A stretch of 64,000 bases of DNA from Alphaproteobacteria bacterium (GTDB lineage: Bacteria; Pseudomonadota; Alphaproteobacteria; CAAHEQ01; UBA3637): positions 31,863 to 95,862 of the forward strand of contig JAGDDD010000013.1 in the NCBI GenBank assembly GCA_017958225.1. The letters are read 5' to 3'. The position numbers and the translations under genes were made by a program. Positions within the stretch are counted from its first letter, which is position 1. Every line of letters starts with the position of its first letter. This document shows, piece by piece, positions 47,808-58,714 of the stretch. Under the pieces are notes generated by a model that worked only from the letters and a program-made list of their open reading frames with translations, did no database searches and was not told where the DNA came from.

Positions 47808-49577
47808 ATGAAAAAAATGCAAAAAAGAATCGGGTTTTTGTTCGTCGTCGCCGCAAGCGCTTTATCGGCTTGCGTTTATTTTGCAAATAAAGATGCCGCG
47901 TCTCCGTCATCGGCCTTGCCCACGTTGGATGCGGAAGAAGCCGTAGCGGAACAAGAAAGTTGGTTTGCGGATCGAGAGTTGAGAGATATTCCCGCTGATG
48001 CGGCTTTCGGGGCTTACCTGGTGTCGCAATTTGCGCAAGCGTCGCGCGATTATGGTGCAGCAGCCAAAGCCGCAGCCCAAGCGTTGGAAAAAGACCCGAC
48101 ACATCCGGATCTAATCAACCAAACGTATTTACTTTATGTGCTGGCCGGTCAGTTGCCCGAGGCGTTGCCTTATGCGCAAAAGGCATTAGATGCCGATCCG
48201 GCGAACCTGTTGCCGCGTTTGGCGTTGTTTACGGATTTAGTCAAGAAAAACAAGTATGACCAGGCCGCGCAGCTGATGTCTGTTGAGCAACGCGAAGGCT
48301 ATACTGTTTTATTGGCGCCTTTGGTTAAATCTTGGTTGCTGGTCGGACAAAACAAAATGCAGGAAGCATTGGATTCTTTGAAGGATTTGGAAGGCAATAA
48401 GGACCTGGCGGCCTTGTATTTATTTAATCGGGCTCTGATTTTTGAATATTTTCACAAACTCCCACAGGCCAAGGAAGCCTATGACAACCTGTTTGCCGAA
48501 ATCAAATCGCGTCGCTTGTTACGGGCGATGTTGGCCATGAATCGCTTTTTTAGCGAAAATCGTTTTATGCCGGCCGATAACGCGTTTTTCACACTCTATC
48601 AGCAAATGCAGGCCGAATCTTTTTCCGGACGCGAGATTATGTCGTCTGATTTAAGCAGTTTGCGTGTCGATACGCCGCAAAAAGGGTTAGCATTAGTGTT
48701 TAATGATTTTTCACAATTGTTGGCGCAGATGGATTCGTCCAAAACAGCGCTTTATTTGGCGCAGTTGGCTTTTCATTTGGCTCCCGATCCGATTATGCGC
48801 CTTTACATTGGCGAATTATTGGAAAACGCAGAACAATTTGAACAGGCGAATCAGTTGTATTTGGCCGGCGCTGACGAAAAAGCCTTAGCCTTTTCTTTCC
48901 AGATACGTCGCGCCCTCAATTTAGCACGTATGAAGCAAACACAGGCCGGCATAGACATTATGCAAAAACTGGCCAAAGAATATACGCGTATTCCTATTTT
49001 TTCGCTGATTTTAGGCGATTTACAAGCACAAGCGGATGATTGCCCGTCTGCGGTGGCATCTTATACCAACGCGCTGGATGTGTTTGGCAATGCGCGCGAG
49101 CCGGCAACTGCGGTGATTTATTTTAATCGCGGGTCGTGTTACGACAGGTTGGGGCAAACCAAAAAAGCGTTGCCCGATTTACAAATCGCCCTGTCTTTAG
49201 CACCGGATAACCCTATTTATATGAACTATGTGGCTTACACATGGGCCGAGCAAAATAAATCGTTGGACAAGGCCTTGAAACTGGCGCAAAAGGCTGTTGA
49301 ATTGGCGCCGGAAGATGGTCATATTTTAGATACCTTGGGCTGGGTTTATTATCGCATGGGTCAATACGATAAAGCCGCGAAAGTATTGGAACAGGCTGTA
49401 GAGAAGGTGCCGGCCAATGCGGCTGTCAATGATCATTTGGGCGATGTGTATTATAAACAGGGCCGCAAACGTGAAGCGCGTTTTCAATGGGCGCATGCCC
49501 GCGTGTTGCCCGACGACAGCTCTCCGGCTTTGCTGAAGAAAATAGAAAATAAATTATCCGGCAAACACTTACCGTAA
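47808..49577 (+). CDS. Exported tetratricopeptide-repeat protein (589 aa)
   Basis: Signal/lipobox-like N-terminus (LSACVYF). Multiple TPR-like helical repeats. Confidence 0.65.
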   Translation: MKKMQKRIGFLFVVAASALSACVYFANKDAASPSSALPTLDAEEAVAEQESWFADRELRDIPADAAFGAYLVSQFAQASRDYGAAAKAAAQALEKDPTHPDLINQTYLLYVLAGQLPEALPYAQKALDADPANLLPRLALFTDLVKKNKYDQAAQLMSVEQREGYTVLLAPLVKSWLLVGQNKMQEALDSLKDLEGNKDLAALYLFNRALIFEYFHKLPQAKEAYDNLFAEIKSRRLLRAMLAMNRFFSENRFMPADNAFFTLYQQMQAESFSGREIMSSDLSSLRVDTPQKGLALVFNDFSQLLAQMDSSKTALYLAQLAFHLAPDPIMRLYIGELLENAEQFEQANQLYLAGADEKALAFSFQIRRALNLARMKQTQAGIDIMQKLAKEYTRIPIFSLILGDLQAQADDCPSAVASYTNALDVFGNAREPATAVIYFNRGSCYDRLGQTKKALPDLQIALSLAPDNPIYMNYVAYTWAEQNKSLDKALKLAQKAVELAPEDGHILDTLGWVYYRMGQYDKAAKVLEQAVEKVPANAAVNDHLGDVYYKQGRKREARFQWAHARVLPDDSSPALLKKIENKLSGKHLP

Positions 49578-49581
49578 TCAC

Positions 49582-50532
49582 CTAATTGTGTTCTTTTTCA
49601 ATGAGCGACAATTTGCCTTGGCGCAGGTTACGTGCTCTGCGCACCGGCTGCACCTGTTTGCTCTCTTTGATATTGTTGTTGGCCCATTTGTTCCAACCTT
49701 TAATAAAAGCTACCGCATAGGCATAACTGTCGGGGCTTTCAATAGGCACATAATAGGTGGTCCATTTATCTTTCGTCACATAAGCCAATAATTTCTTGTT
49801 TTTGAAAATGTAAGGCGGACGAACATCTGTTAAAGGGGCATACAGGCTACGCGCACGCGCACCGTCTATCCAACCTCGCGTGCTTTCTGTTATCACATCC
49901 GGCGTATCAGAGTCAGGGCGTAACACAAGTGTTTCCGCTTTAACGGAAAGCCACAATGTTTTTGCCGGAGCTTTTTGCCCGTTCCAACCGGACAAAAATC
50001 CTTTGACATACACATAGGGTTTTGAGCTGGGGACCCACTGATTTGTGCCGGCCGGTCTTTCCCATACTTGTCGCTCTGCGTCGATGCGATACGTGCAGGG
50101 TTGGTGTGCTAAATGGGCTTTCTTGCCCTCGGCATACCCGTCGCGCATGTTTTCTTTTTGTCTGAAAGAGGTCAATGTGTCCGTTAAAAATGGCGGATAT
50201 TCTTGCAATTTGCCTTTGATACGATAGGGTTCTTGGGTGGTGTCTATCGAGGGTTCTTCTTTCAATTTGTCGGCTAAAGTCGGCACCTTTCCTAAGGCTT
50301 TTTTGAACTCTTTTTCGCGGGCGGCGGCTTCGCGACCTTGGATATAGCCGGCGGCAAAGGGCACGTCGGACATATAACCCAACTTTACCAATTTGTCGTC
50401 GTTTGTCCGCTTGAACACGATATTGTGCTGTCTGGGATGCCGCAAATATTTGGCAGGCTCACCGTTCTCAAAACTTTTACGGCCTGCTTCGCGGCCTTCG
50501 GTTTCATCCTCAAGATCATATATATCGCTCAT
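49582..50532 (-). CDS. Hypothetical basic protein (~316 aa from MSDIYDLEDE...)
   Basis: The ATG at 50532 follows AGGAGA (the ORF track extends to 50655). No family recognised. Confidence 0.5.
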   Translation of the reverse strand: MSDIYDLEDETEGREAGRKSFENGEPAKYLRHPRQHNIVFKRTNDDKLVKLGYMSDVPFAAGYIQGREAAAREKEFKKALGKVPTLADKLKEEPSIDTTQEPYRIKGKLQEYPPFLTDTLTSFRQKENMRDGYAEGKKAHLAHQPCTYRIDAERQVWERPAGTNQWVPSSKPYVYVKGFLSGWNGQKAPAKTLWLSVKAETLVLRPDSDTPDVITESTRGWIDGARARSLYAPLTDVRPPYIFKNKKLLAYVTKDKWTTYYVPIESPDSYAYAVAFIKGWNKWANNNIKESKQVQPVRRARNLRQGKLSLIEKEHN

Positions 50533-50678
50533 TGTCCGTCTCCTAAACGCATAATGGCTCATTGTGTCATATTTTGATTTTTTTGTCAAGAAGGATATGT
50601 GCTTTGTATCTTTTTTGTTGGCATTATGATTTTTATTTGCTAAACTAACAGGCAATAGGGATAAAAAAGGAGAGTGTC

Positions 50679-51980
50679 ATGCAAACACGATTGACCGAAA
50701 ATCTTTTCCGTAAAGCGCTTGATCAAGCCTTTACATATGCGTTGGACCATTTCCTGAAGGGGGAGCCTTTAGCGGCCTTGTTGCCAAAGATTACGGATGA
50801 AGTGGCTGACCTGTTAAAAGTGCCGCTGTTGTGGGTGGGTGTTGTCCAACCGGACCAGTCCATTTGCGTTGTCGGCTCGGCCGGTCCTAAAAGCGCGTTG
50901 GCGCCTATGGATTCTGTTTTGTCGTTGGACAGAAAAGATGAGCCAGCCTTTATGGCTTTACAGAAAAAACATTCGGTCAGCGCCGTTATCAAAGACAAAG
51001 ATAAAAAAGATTACACATTTTTTGCGCAACCGATTTGTCATCAAGATGCGGTGTTGGGTGTTGTGTGCGCCCTTATCCCCGGCCGTCGCTTGAGCGAGGT
51101 GCTTGTGCAGTGTATGGATATTTTTGTGCAACAGCTTGACCAGTTATATTACATGGGGCAGTTGCGCCAAGATAATTTATTTGCGTTTGTGTCCGATCGT
51201 ATTCGCAATTTGGATTTGGCGCGTGAATTGCCGCGTGCTTTGAAAAATAAGGAGTTTTTCTTAAACTTCCAACCTCAAATTGATATTGAAGACAAGCAGA
51301 TTAAAGGTTGGGAAGCGTTGGTGCGTTGGCAACATCCTCAACGCGGTTTGGTGCCGCCTTTGGACTTTATTCCGTTATGCGAACGTTACGGTTATATCGA
51401 CGAGTTGTTTAATGTCGTTTTGGATCAGGCCATGGAGCAGATGGCGGTATGGAGCAAAATGGGCTATAAAGACTTGTTTATCGCGGTCAATTTGTCGCCG
51501 GCGCAGTTTTACAACCCCGTCTTTGTCCAACATGTCTATAGCACTTTGAAAAAATATAAATTGCCTGCGCATATGTTGGAGTTGGAACTGACAGAAGGCA
51601 TGCTCATGCACGACACGGACAAGGCCTATAGCCTGTTAAAAGACCTGTTAGACCATGGTGTCCGCGTGGCGTTGGACGATTTCGGCACAGGCTATTCTTC
51701 GTTGGGTTACCTGCATCATTTTCCGGTGAATAAAATTAAAATCGATTGCTCGTTTGTGCGTGAGATGGAACAAAGTTTGGAAATGCGCGAAATCTGTCGG
51801 GCGATTGTGAAATTAGGCCGCATTTTGAATTGTGATATCGTTGCGGAAGGTGTGGAACACAACTCGCAATTGGATATCGTTTCGCATATCGGTTGCCACA
51901 TTGTGCAGGGTTATTTGTTAGGACGGCCCATGCCGGCTGCCGAGGCGACAGAGTTTTTGAAACAGAAGAAAGCAAAATGA
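50679..51980 (+). CDS. EAL-domain c-di-GMP phosphodiesterase with an N-terminal sensor (GAF-like) domain
   Basis: EAL signature motifs ELTEGM and DDFGTGYSSL. RBS AAAAGGAGAG. Confidence 0.8.
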   Translation: MQTRLTENLFRKALDQAFTYALDHFLKGEPLAALLPKITDEVADLLKVPLLWVGVVQPDQSICVVGSAGPKSALAPMDSVLSLDRKDEPAFMALQKKHSVSAVIKDKDKKDYTFFAQPICHQDAVLGVVCALIPGRRLSEVLVQCMDIFVQQLDQLYYMGQLRQDNLFAFVSDRIRNLDLARELPRALKNKEFFLNFQPQIDIEDKQIKGWEALVRWQHPQRGLVPPLDFIPLCERYGYIDELFNVVLDQAMEQMAVWSKMGYKDLFIAVNLSPAQFYNPVFVQHVYSTLKKYKLPAHMLELELTEGMLMHDTDKAYSLLKDLLDHGVRVALDDFGTGYSSLGYLHHFPVNKIKIDCSFVREMEQSLEMREICRAIVKLGRILNCDIVAEGVEHNSQLDIVSHIGCHIVQGYLLGRPMPAAEATEFLKQKKAK

Positions 51981-52606
51981 CGCCGGCTCGCATTTTCAAG
52001 CGCTTGCAAGAAGAAAATCCGCACCCTAAATGCGAATTGTATTATGTCAATCCTTTTACTTTGATGGTGGCGATTATGTTGTCGGCACAAGCGACGGATA
52101 AGGGCGTGAATAAGGCTGTCCAGCCGCTGTTTGCCCAATTTAACACGCCACAACAATTTTTGGCGTTGGGTGTTGAAGGCTTGGAAAAATATGTGAAAAG
52201 CATCAACTATTACCACACAAAAGTGCGCCATATTTTGCAGATGACCGAACAATTGGTGTCGCGCTATCAAGGCCAGTTTCCCAAAACTATTGAAGAATTG
52301 CAAACGTTGCCGGGTGTGGGTCGCAAGACCGCTAATGTGTTTTTAAATGAAGCCTTTGAGGCGCCGACAATTCCTGTGGATACGCATGTTTTTCGTGTGG
52401 CGCAAAGGTTAGGTTTGGCCAAAGGAAAAACGCCGGTTCAAATAGAAACACAATTACAAAAGGTTGTGCCCGACGCCTATAAGGCCAATTGTTCTCATTG
52501 GTTGGTGTTGTTGGGTCGTTATACATGTAAGGCGCAAAAGCCGGCCTGCGCACAATGCGTTGTGCGTGATCTGTGTCCGTCTGCCCAAAAGCAGGAGGCT
52601 AAATGA
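51977..52606 (+). CDS. nth: Endonuclease III
   Basis: HhH-GPD (LPGVGRKTANV) and a 4Fe-4S cluster loop (CTCKAQKPACAQCVVRDLC). The ATG at 51977 overlaps the EAL stop. Confidence 0.9.
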   Translation: MTPARIFKRLQEENPHPKCELYYVNPFTLMVAIMLSAQATDKGVNKAVQPLFAQFNTPQQFLALGVEGLEKYVKSINYYHTKVRHILQMTEQLVSRYQGQFPKTIEELQTLPGVGRKTANVFLNEAFEAPTIPVDTHVFRVAQRLGLAKGKTPVQIETQLQKVVPDAYKANCSHWLVLLGRYTCKAQKPACAQCVVRDLCPSAQKQEAK

Positions 52607-54309
52607 TGAAAAAAATACTCATCGGTATATTGCTGTTGTTAGGCGCTCCCGTGCTGGCGCAAAGCTTTTCTCCGGATGCTTTGTTGTCGGGAAAGGCATC
52701 TTCGGATGCGCATGTCAAAGTCTTTTTCCAAGATGAAATTGACCCGCCAAAACCTGCCTTTGTCCCTTCGCCGGTCACATGGGCACCGGAAGAGCCGACG
52801 GTGTCTTTTACTACGCCGTTCGGACAAACCTACAAAGCGTATTTTGTAACGCATATTCCCTTTGTCGGCTTTCATATGGCAGTGTCGCCTTCGGGTAATG
52901 TTTTTGTGACAGAGGATATTTATTATATGTCAGGCACGCCGGCGCCAACCGAGGCGGTGCAACGTTCTTTTGCCAAGCAATTGACAACTTTGACACAGCA
53001 TCAGGTGTCTCCCAAAATCAACATTTTAAGCGTTCAGCGCGATGGTGTTGCGTTGCCGTTGCGTTTGTCGGATAGTGCTGAGGCTGTAACGGTTGAGTTG
53101 TCCGAAGGGCCTGAGACGCCGGGTTTGCACCATTATGTTTTATCCTATGTGTTGCATGATTCTATGTTGTGGGGCCAGCAAGGCAATGCGCTGTTTGTCA
53201 GCCTGTTCGGAGCGCGTCAGCCGTATGCGATAGAACGCTTTGCCGGTGTTGTGTCTTTGCCGGCCGAAAGCACGACCTTGGATGTGCGTTTTGCCTTTGG
53301 TGACAATAATTTGGAAGCAGACAAAGCGGTGGCGTGGCGACAGGATGAGCAACGTCTGGTTTTCCGTTCGGGCAGGTGGTTGCCGGCCGATCTTGATGCG
53401 CGTTTGAGCCTGGGCGTGTCTAAAAAAGGTTTCGTGCAAACATCGCTAGGCGAGCGGGCGGCAGATGCGTTTTTTGCCTCTTTATGGGCGCTGGTCTTGC
53501 TTGCATCTCTTGCGTTGATGATAGGTTATTATGCGGTGCAGATTCGTTTGTCCGGCCGCACGGTGCAAGACAAACTGTATCAAGCCAAAATTCGTCAGAA
53601 ATGGTTGTATAAGCCGGCTGTCATGCGGCTTGTTTTGGCAAAATCTATCGATCGGCGCACGTTGGCCGGTGTGATCTTTGCGTTGGCACAAAAGGGGATG
53701 ATTAAGGTCCATCAGAAAGGTGGCATCTATGCATTGACGCGCACAGAGGCGCATCGTCGCTTGCCGTGGACAGAACGTTTGGTATTGCGTCGCCTGTTTA
53801 AGGGCCAAAAGAAGGTCTTGCTCAAAGATATTTCGTTGCCCAGTTTTATTAAACATCGCCTGATTCCTTGTGTCCATTTGTCCTATGGTTGTCAGTATTT
53901 TCTTTTAACAAAGCAATATATGTTGATGGGTGGTGCGCTGGTTATTTTGGGCGTTGTTTTGGCCGCATTGAGCGGTGGCAGTTTGAGCGCGGTTTTGACT
54001 GTGCTGTTCTGTCTGTTATTGGCATGGGCGGTCTGTCTGCATGTGTTTTTTGAAAAGTCAGCGTATCGGACTTTTTTACGCCTGTTATATGAGCAATATC
54101 AAGCCTATATGTCGGGCTTTTCCGAAGAAACGCCGGCGGATGTATTGCTGAAAAATGTGCCCTTTGCGGTGGCGTTGGATTTGACTTCTTTGTTTCCGTT
54201 AAAGGCTGGGCAGTTGGCATGGCTGACCACAACCAACAAATCGGAAAGTCTGTCCGCTGTCGAAAAAGCGATTATGCAAAGTCTGTTATACAGCAAGAAA
54301 ACAGGTTAA
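52603..54309 (+). CDS. Hypothetical membrane protein (signal peptide, large exported domain, C-terminal TM helices; DUF2207-like architecture)
   Basis: MMKKILIGILLLLGAPVLA signal. Hydrophobic segments in the C-terminal third. Confidence 0.45.
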   Translation: MMKKILIGILLLLGAPVLAQSFSPDALLSGKASSDAHVKVFFQDEIDPPKPAFVPSPVTWAPEEPTVSFTTPFGQTYKAYFVTHIPFVGFHMAVSPSGNVFVTEDIYYMSGTPAPTEAVQRSFAKQLTTLTQHQVSPKINILSVQRDGVALPLRLSDSAEAVTVELSEGPETPGLHHYVLSYVLHDSMLWGQQGNALFVSLFGARQPYAIERFAGVVSLPAESTTLDVRFAFGDNNLEADKAVAWRQDEQRLVFRSGRWLPADLDARLSLGVSKKGFVQTSLGERAADAFFASLWALVLLASLALMIGYYAVQIRLSGRTVQDKLYQAKIRQKWLYKPAVMRLVLAKSIDRRTLAGVIFALAQKGMIKVHQKGGIYALTRTEAHRRLPWTERLVLRRLFKGQKKVLLKDISLPSFIKHRLIPCVHLSYGCQYFLLTKQYMLMGGALVILGVVLAALSGGSLSAVLTVLFCLLLAWAVCLHVFFEKSAYRTFLRLLYEQYQAYMSGFSEETPADVLLKNVPFAVALDLTSLFPLKAGQLAWLTTTNKSESLSAVEKAIMQSLLYSKKTG

Positions 54310-54313
54310 ATAT

Positions 54314-55324
54314 ATGCGCATTAAACAGATTTTTTTGGGCCTGTGTTTTAGTCTTGTCGGTGGGGCGGTCAGCGCGCAAATACCTGAGTTGGTCGGCCAG
54401 TTGATAGATCGTCCGTCGCTATATACGGACCAGGCTGTTTTGGAAATTATTCCTCAAATAGATCCCTTGTATCGGCAATATATCTTTCCGGCTTTTCATG
54501 AAATGTCCGCGATGTCGCACCGGTTGAGGACGATGCCGGAAATTGCCAAGTGGCGCGGGAAAGTGCCGACGCGTTTGGCTCCTGAAGTCGAAGGCAAAGG
54601 CCCTTACGGTTGGCGGTATTTATCACCGTTTTTATACATTTATCTTATGCCGGAAATGTGGCCTTCTTTTTATCGGGAAAGCGAGCCGCCGAAGCCGGAA
54701 ATTACGCGTCAAATTGATTGGACAAATGCAGAAGATGTGGCGCGCACTTTTGACCAATTTGCCGATGCCGAAGCAGCGCGTCAAGCGTTTGTCGAGCGCG
54801 CTTTAAAAGATGTACCTGGCGGTCTTTCCGAACAGGATATGCGCACGGTGCATCAAGTGCTTTCTGACTTGATAGATGTATCGGAAACGCGCGAAGGCAA
54901 AGCGGTTTTTGCGCATGTGGTTGTGGCTTTAGATTCGGATGACATTTATCCGACTATGGCGCGTCCGTGTGCATCGTTGGTAGCGCGGTTGCACACCATC
55001 GGGATGGAACATTTTTTAACGCCCGTTTTACAAAAAGCAGGTGTATCAGAACAAGATTTTGTGGATAAATGCGAACGCGTAACGCGCGCTTATCGTGTGG
55101 CCAACAGCTCACCGGAAATGGCTATGTATATTATCGGCATACGACGCAAATTAAAGGCAGAACCTTCCGCACAAAAGGCGCCTATATGGCAAGCTTTGGT
55201 GGATATGTTCTCGGTTTCTATGGCAGATGTGCAGGCGGTGCAGCCTTATCAGGCGCAGTGGAAAGAATTGTTCAATCGGCAGCGTCCCTTGTTGTTGGGA
55301 ACACCGTTTATGCTTGACTTTTAA
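54314..55324 (+). CDS. Hypothetical exported protein (336 aa)
   Basis: Signal peptide MRIKQIFLGLCFSLVGGAVSA. Confidence 0.45.
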   Translation: MRIKQIFLGLCFSLVGGAVSAQIPELVGQLIDRPSLYTDQAVLEIIPQIDPLYRQYIFPAFHEMSAMSHRLRTMPEIAKWRGKVPTRLAPEVEGKGPYGWRYLSPFLYIYLMPEMWPSFYRESEPPKPEITRQIDWTNAEDVARTFDQFADAEAARQAFVERALKDVPGGLSEQDMRTVHQVLSDLIDVSETREGKAVFAHVVVALDSDDIYPTMARPCASLVARLHTIGMEHFLTPVLQKAGVSEQDFVDKCERVTRAYRVANSSPEMAMYIIGIRRKLKAEPSAQKAPIWQALVDMFSVSMADVQAVQPYQAQWKELFNRQRPLLLGTPFMLDF

Positions 55325-55363
55325 TTCAAAATAGTGTTTAATAAGGCCCGTCAAGGAGGCATT

Positions 55364-56056
55364 ATGGCTTGGACAAATGATGATATTAAAAAATTAAAAC
55401 AATTGTGGCAAAAAGGGCTCTCTACGGTTGCCATCGGGCAGGCGTTAGGTATGAGCAAAAATGCGGTTATTGGCAAAGTGCACCGGTTGCAATTGCAAGC
55501 ACGTCCGTCTCCGATTGTGGCTGTGAAGCCGGCTACCAGTCGCAAAAAAGCACCGGCTAAAAAGCCTGGTTTAAAGGTCGTCAAGCCGATTATGAAACCG
55601 ATTACGCGCAAACCTGTGGCCAAAAAAGTTGTAAAATCAAAGGCGCCTGCACCTAAAAAAGCCAAGCCGACCGTGGTTAAAAAAACCGTGGCCAAACCGG
55701 TTAAAAAAACACCGGTGGTTAAAGCGGCTCCGAAAAAAGCACCCGTGAAAAAACCGGCGCCCGTTGTGCAAATAAAAGCGCGTCCGGCTGTCAAACCGGC
55801 TCCTGCAGCGCCCAAGGCCGGCAAAAAACCGGTTTTGATTCCGCAATCTCGTCGGGAACTGTTCACCAAAAAGACAACGCAAATCAAGCACAAAGGTGTG
55901 CCCTTGGTGGAGTTAAAAGCGACCTCTTGTCGTTGGCCGTTGGGCGATCCTAATGACTCGGATTTTTCCTTCTGTGGCAAAGAGGCGGTTCCGGGCAAAC
56001 CTTATTGTGCAACACATTGTTTGGAAGCGTATACTGGCGTGTTTAAACCGCGATGA
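55364..56056 (+). CDS. gcrA: Cell-cycle transcriptional regulator GcrA with an extended Lys/Pro/Ala-rich linker
   Basis: N-terminal MAWTNDDIKKLKQLWQKGLSTVAIGQALGMSKNAVIGKVHRL. C-terminal CRWPLGDP...FCG...GKPYCATHC. The ATG at 55364 follows AAGGAGG. Confidence 0.8.
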   Translation: MAWTNDDIKKLKQLWQKGLSTVAIGQALGMSKNAVIGKVHRLQLQARPSPIVAVKPATSRKKAPAKKPGLKVVKPIMKPITRKPVAKKVVKSKAPAPKKAKPTVVKKTVAKPVKKTPVVKAAPKKAPVKKPAPVVQIKARPAVKPAPAAPKAGKKPVLIPQSRRELFTKKTTQIKHKGVPLVELKATSCRWPLGDPNDSDFSFCGKEAVPGKPYCATHCLEAYTGVFKPR

Positions 56057-58662
56057 CGCAAACACTTTGTTTAATAGACGGATCAGGTTATATTTATCGC
56101 GCATTTTATGCGGTGCCTTCGCATATGACGCGTCCGCGCGACAAGTTGCCTATCAATGCTGTGTATGGCTTTACGTCTATGATGATACAGTTTTTGCAAA
56201 AACATTCTCCGGATTATTTGGCGGTTGTTTTTGATGCCAAGCGCGCTAATTTTCGCAACACCATTTATCCCGAATATAAAGCCACACGTCGTGAAGTGCC
56301 CGAAGCGTTGGTGCCACAATTTCCTTTGATTCGTGAAGCGGTCAAGGCCTTTCAGATTCCCGGCATTGAGCAGGAAGGGTTTGAGGCCGACGACCTGATT
56401 GCCAGTTATGCGCGACAAGCTAAAGATTCAATGCAAGTTATTGTTGTGTCGGCCGATAAAGATTTGATGCAACTGATGTCGCCTTCCGTGTCTATTTATG
56501 ACCCGATGAAGGGGAAAATGCTGACCGAAGAAGACGTGAAAAATAAGTTCGGTGTGACGCCGGATCAGGTGGTGCAGGTGCAAGCGTTGGCCGGTGATTC
56601 TTCGGACAATGTGCCGGGTGTGGCCGGTGTCGGGCCTAAAACTGCAGCCTCACTGATACAAAAATATGGCTCCGTGGATGGCGTCTATCAGCATATTGAT
56701 GAGGTGGCCGGCGCGGTCGGGCAGAAATTGCGACAAGATAAAGACAAGGCGTTGATGTCTTTGCAGTTGGTAAAACTGGCCGATGAGGCGTCATTGCCGT
56801 TGCCGGTGGCTGACTTAAAACGACAGGCGATTGTGCGTGAAAATATTGAAAGTTTTTGTCGGGATAACGGCTTTTTCAGCTTGTTGCCGCGGCTGGATAA
56901 GATTTGTAACGCGCCTCAAGTTGCCCCTGTGCGTCCGGCTCTGCAATATACGGTGATTCAAGCGGCCGACCCATTAAAAAAATGGTTGAGCGAGGTCACG
57001 TCTCCTATGGCGTGGGTTACACAAGAAAGCGAGGGTGCTTTGGTGGGCGTTGCGTTGGCGACAGCTCAAGGGCGTGCCTGTTATATTCCTTTGCGACAGG
57101 CGGCCGCGCAAGCCGATTTGTTCGGACAGACTTTTTCGGTCGTGCCGAAAGATTTAAAACAAGCGTTGGCAGGCCTGTGGGGGCAAAAAAATATTTGCAA
57201 AATCGGTCATGGTATCAAGTCGGTGTGGTCGGCGTTGCGCGCCTTTTTCGGCACAGAAGGCGCGGGTTGGGAAGATACACAACTGTTGGCCTATACCGCT
57301 TGTGGTGCGCGACAAGATTTGACGTTGCCGGCGTTGTCGCAACTGTTTTTGAAAACGTCGTTGCCTCAAGCCGATTCCGCAGAACGAGCTTTGGCCGAAC
57401 AAGCCTACACCATCGCCTGTTTGTTCGAAGCATTACAAAAGTATGTGCAGGCGCCGTCGTATCGTCAATTTGACCTGCCTTTAATGCCGGTTTTGGCGTC
57501 TATGGAACAACAGGGGCTTTTGTTAGATCCTGCGCGGTTAAAGGCGTTATCCGAAAAATTAGATGCGCAGATGAAGGAATTGTCCGAAAATATTTATGCT
57601 CTGGCCGGGGGCACTTTTAATATCAATTCGCCGGCACAGTTAGGCGAAATCTTGTTTGATAAAATGGGTTTGAAATGCCAAAAAGGGAAAAATACGGCAC
57701 GTTCTACCGACATAGAGATTTTAGAAGATTTGGCTCAACAAGGTGTTTTGATCGCCTCTCATGTCATTGAATATCGCCGGTGTGCCAAACTGAAATCGAC
57801 TTATGCCGATGCTCTGTTGGCACAGATGGACCCGCAAACGTGTCGTATTCACACAACCTTTTCGCAGATTGCGACATCCACCGGACGCTTGTCATCCAGC
57901 GATCCTAATTTACAAAATATTCCTGTGCGCACACCGGTTGGCAAAGATATTCGATCGGCTTTTATTGCGCCTAAAGGGCATGTGTTGTTGTCGGCCGATT
58001 ATTCACAAATTGAGTTGCGTTTAATGGCCCATGTGGCTGATGTCACAGCGTTGCGGCAAGCCTTTGAACAAGGGGCGGACATTCATACATCTACCGCGCA
58101 AGCTGTCTTTAAAGCGGACAAAGTCACGCCGGAATTGCGACGTCGCGCCAAGGCTATCAACTTTGGTATTATGTATGGCCTGTCGCCGTTTGGTTTGGCG
58201 CGTCAATTGGGTATTTCCAACAGTGACGCCAAAGCCTATATTGACAGTTATTTTGAACATTATCCGCAAATACGTGAATATATGCGCAAAACCGCAGAAC
58301 AGGCTGAACACGATGGTTATGTAACCACATTATTTGGGCGTCGTTGCTTCGTCAATTTCGGTGCCACTGCCATGGCCAAGGCAGCGGCTGTGCGTGCGGC
58401 TATCAATGCGCCTATTCAAGGGGGCGCTGCCGATTTGATTAAAAAAGCGATGATAGAAATTGCCGATGAACTTGCCGCGCAAAAGCGCAGAACAAGGATG
58501 CTTTTGCAGGTCCATGACGAATTGATTTTTGAGGTGCCTGAAAAAGAACTGGACATCGTCAAGCCGATGATCAAAGAAAAAATGGAGCACGCGGTTGAGT
58601 TGAGTGTGCCGTTGGTTGTTGAAACGGGCGCGGCCGATAATTGGATGGCGGCGCACGAATAA
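56053..58662 (+). CDS. polA: DNA polymerase I
   Basis: 5'-3' exonuclease N-terminus, and polymerase motifs A/B/C (DYSQIELR, RRRAKAINFGIMYG, QVHDEL). Confidence 0.95.
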   Translation: MTQTLCLIDGSGYIYRAFYAVPSHMTRPRDKLPINAVYGFTSMMIQFLQKHSPDYLAVVFDAKRANFRNTIYPEYKATRREVPEALVPQFPLIREAVKAFQIPGIEQEGFEADDLIASYARQAKDSMQVIVVSADKDLMQLMSPSVSIYDPMKGKMLTEEDVKNKFGVTPDQVVQVQALAGDSSDNVPGVAGVGPKTAASLIQKYGSVDGVYQHIDEVAGAVGQKLRQDKDKALMSLQLVKLADEASLPLPVADLKRQAIVRENIESFCRDNGFFSLLPRLDKICNAPQVAPVRPALQYTVIQAADPLKKWLSEVTSPMAWVTQESEGALVGVALATAQGRACYIPLRQAAAQADLFGQTFSVVPKDLKQALAGLWGQKNICKIGHGIKSVWSALRAFFGTEGAGWEDTQLLAYTACGARQDLTLPALSQLFLKTSLPQADSAERALAEQAYTIACLFEALQKYVQAPSYRQFDLPLMPVLASMEQQGLLLDPARLKALSEKLDAQMKELSENIYALAGGTFNINSPAQLGEILFDKMGLKCQKGKNTARSTDIEILEDLAQQGVLIASHVIEYRRCAKLKSTYADALLAQMDPQTCRIHTTFSQIATSTGRLSSSDPNLQNIPVRTPVGKDIRSAFIAPKGHVLLSADYSQIELRLMAHVADVTALRQAFEQGADIHTSTAQAVFKADKVTPELRRRAKAINFGIMYGLSPFGLARQLGISNSDAKAYIDSYFEHYPQIREYMRKTAEQAEHDGYVTTLFGRRCFVNFGATAMAKAAAVRAAINAPIQGGAADLIKKAMIEIADELAAQKRRTRMLLQVHDELIFEVPEKELDIVKPMIKEKMEHAVELSVPLVVETGAADNWMAAHE

Positions 58663-58714
58663 CTTGACAAGAGAGCGAAAAAGAAGTATTGCCTAAAAGA
58701 AAGAGGATAAAACC

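Noticed and set aside
55351-55998. 215-aa minus-strand ORF across gcrA
   Set aside because: Antisense to gcrA, generated by the Lys/Pro/Ala codon repeats (it reads as Gly/Leu/Phe/Thr strings).
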